The notes beneath the pieces are model-generated. The model did no database searches, was not told the origin of the DNA, and saw only the letters and a program-made list of their open reading frames with translations. This document shows, one piece after another, positions 12,828-14,402 of a DNA stretch of 14,402 nucleotides (the stretch's first letter is position 1; the number at the start of each line of letters is the position of its first letter). The position numbers and the translations under genes were made by a program. Where the stretch lies: assembly GCA_903916665.1 (NCBI GenBank), contig CAIWXP010000131.1:1-14402 (forward strand), given 5' to 3'. The stretch is from Candidatus Iainarchaeum sp. (GTDB lineage Archaea; Iainarchaeota; Iainarchaeia; Iainarchaeales; 0-14-0-20-30-16).

Positions 12828-13541
12828 ATGTTTGGTGTTTTAGTTAACTCATTTTTGGATGTTTTTAAAAAACCGTTAAATATACTATATAGTTATATCT
12901 TTTTAGTTCTATCTTCACTGGGTTTTAGCATAATAGTAGAATATACTTTTGACTATTTGCCAGGGGCAGATATTTCAGCAATGGGGCAAGTATTGTACAT
13001 AATCAAAAACTATTTTTGGATGTTCCTATTATTTCTATTTATAATTTTGTTATTTTTTTATCTAGTTAGTTTATTTATTACCTATATTATTAATAAAAAA
13101 TCAGGTGAAAAACAAAGAACATTGGGTGTTTCTAAGGTATTTGGATTTACTTTATTTTTAGGTTTAATTTCAATGATTCCAAATATGATATTTGGTTTAT
13201 TTGATTCTAGTTTAACTTTAACAATAATAGTTTTTATATTATCTTTAATTTATATTTTTATAATTTATCCGTATTTATTTTTGGTACCTGTAATTTTAGT
13301 AAGTAAAGATTTAAAACAAAGTATTTCGGAATCATTTAAATTTGCAAAAAAACATTATGGTTGGATAATTCTTTTACAAATATTGTTTATATTTTTGATA
13401 AGTATTTTAGGTCAATTATTTGATTTCTTGGCAACTTACTTGACAGAAATTGGGTCTACTCTATTATTTTTGTTAATTTTTTCAATACTATTTTTGTGGA
13501 GTATAAATTTTATATATAATTGGTATAAATCAGAAAATTAA
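12828..13541 (+). CDS. Hypothetical polytopic integral membrane protein (about 6 predicted TM helices)
   Basis: The 237-aa protein is dominated by long Leu/Ile/Phe-rich hydrophobic stretches separated by short polar or basic loops (NKKSGEKQRTLG, SKDLKQSISESFKFAKKHYG). I recognise no family. Confidence 0.6.
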   Translation: MFGVLVNSFLDVFKKPLNILYSYIFLVLSSLGFSIIVEYTFDYLPGADISAMGQVLYIIKNYFWMFLLFLFIILLFFYLVSLFITYIINKKSGEKQRTLGVSKVFGFTLFLGLISMIPNMIFGLFDSSLTLTIIVFILSLIYIFIIYPYLFLVPVILVSKDLKQSISESFKFAKKHYGWIILLQILFIFLISILGQLFDFLATYLTEIGSTLLFLLIFSILFLWSINFIYNWYKSEN

Positions 13542-13557
13542 ATAAAATCGTGATTAT

Positions 13558-14402
13558 ATGCAAATAAAAGAATTAGAATTAGAAAATTTTAAGTCATTTA
13601 AGCACCAGAAGTTTACATTTAATAATGGTATAACTGCAATAACTGGGCCAAACGGCTCTGGTAAAAGTAATGTGTTTGATGCATTAATATTTGTTTTGGG
13701 GAATAATTCGTCTCTTAAATTAAGATATAAGAAAATATCTGATTTGATATGTAGAGATCAAAAGGAAAAATTTGCAACAGTAAGATTAACATTTACTGAT
13801 GGCACAAGTATAGAAAGAACAATTAATGAAGAAGTTTCTATTTTTAGATTAAATGGTAAAAGAACTACGCAGGAAGCAATTGTTAGTTTTTTGAAAGAAT
13901 TAAAAATAAGTTCTGATGGTCATAATTTAGTTCAGCAAGGCAATAATAAAAGAATTGTTGATATTAATGAAGTTGAAAGAAAGAAACTTTTAGAAGATAT
14001 TGCACAGGTTAGTTTATTTGATGAACAAAGAGAGAAGTCAGATAAGAATTTAGATTTTGTTAAACAAAAATTATCTCAAGCAAAAGTTGTTATGGAAGAA
14101 AGAAAATCTATGCTTGAAAATTTAGAAAAAGAGAAAGCAGTAGCAGAAAAATATCTAAAAACAAAAGAGGAAGAAAGTATATTGAAAGGAATAATATTAA
14201 AAAAAGAAAAATTAGCTTTAGATCATGATTTGCAAAAAACACAAAAAAGAATTGAAACTTTAAATAAGAATATTCCTGATAATAAATTAAAAGTAGATGA
14301 AATAGTAAAAGAAATAAAGACATTAGATAAGACTATTTTAGAAGAAAAAGATAAATATAAAAAACACTATGATTCTCATTCTAAATTAGATGCGGAATAT
14401 AA
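13558..14402 (+). CDS. smc: SMC chromosome segregation ATPase, N-terminal head and start of the coiled coil; 3' end lies outside the window
   Basis: This ORF is not in the track because it is open-ended. The ATG is at 13558. The translation is MQIKELELENFKSFKHQKFTFNNGITAITGPNGSGKSNVFDALIFVLG (Walker A), followed by NLVQQGNNKRIVDINEVERKKLLEDIAQVSLFDEQREKS (Q-loop and an SMC-typical segment), and then heptad-rich coiled coil to the window end. Confidence 0.9.
   Translation, partial: MQIKELELENFKSFKHQKFTFNNGITAITGPNGSGKSNVFDALIFVLGNNSSLKLRYKKISDLICRDQKEKFATVRLTFTDGTSIERTINEEVSIFRLNGKRTTQEAIVSFLKELKISSDGHNLVQQGNNKRIVDINEVERKKLLEDIAQVSLFDEQREKSDKNLDFVKQKLSQAKVVMEERKSMLENLEKEKAVAEKYLKTKEEESILKGIILKKEKLALDHDLQKTQKRIETLNKNIPDNKLKVDEIVKEIKTLDKTILEEKDKYKKHYDSHSKLDAEY

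Noticed and set aside
14108-14323. 71-aa minus-strand Leu/Phe-rich ORF
   Set aside because: It is antisense to the open-ended smc reading frame (13558 onward), which carries Walker A and SMC head motifs. Its translation is simply the complement of Lys/Glu-rich coiled-coil codons.
1-14402. CRISPR arrays, transposases or integrases, terminal inverted repeats, or a composition break that would mark a mobile or integrated element
   Set aside because: By eye I saw no regularly spaced direct repeats, no recombinase-like ORF and no obvious compositional discontinuity. The tRNA-Phe has no adjacent integrase or duplicated 3' tRNA fragment. The accessory-looking operon therefore cannot be called a mobile island from this window alone.

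Overview
The window is visibly AT-rich and very tightly packed. It has archaeal hallmarks: ribosomal protein L44e/eL42, an Mre11-type nuclease, class III (prepilin-type) signal peptides, Lrp/AsnC regulators, A/T-rich TATA-like boxes about 25 nt upstream of start codons, oligo-T tracts after genes, and a tRNA without encoded CCA. A small-genome (DPANN-like) archaeon is my inference only.

I can support 17 protein-coding genes (two truncated by the window edges), one tRNA-Phe(GAA), and several candidate promoter, RBS and terminator elements. Most genes are housekeeping:
- pyrG
- rpl44e
- the N-terminus of smc
- mre11-like
- a DHH/RecJ-like phosphoesterase
- a CDF metal exporter
- a CYTH protein

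The most unusual content is a translationally coupled three-gene operon at 1659-4586. It encodes a VanX/DdpX-like M15 zinc D,D-dipeptidase, a B12-domain radical SAM enzyme with a non-canonical Cys motif, and a GNAT acyltransferase. The operon is divergent from an internally duplicated (tandem) Lrp/AsnC regulator. I cannot map this combination onto a known pathway.

Other points worth a second look:
- a CDF transporter whose cytoplasmic C-terminal domain appears triplicated
- an orphan Mre11-like gene with an atypical motif III that appears to share a single TATA element with a divergent CYTH gene
- a 270-bp intergenic region, the only long one, with nested inverted repeats, a TATA-like box, a 29-codon sORF and a T-tract
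- a tRNA-Phe with C at T-loop position 55
- a two-gene pilin-like operon
- three convergent gene pairs whose stop codons abut or overlap inside palindromic hexamers

I saw no CRISPR array, transposase, integrase or obvious mobile-element boundary.
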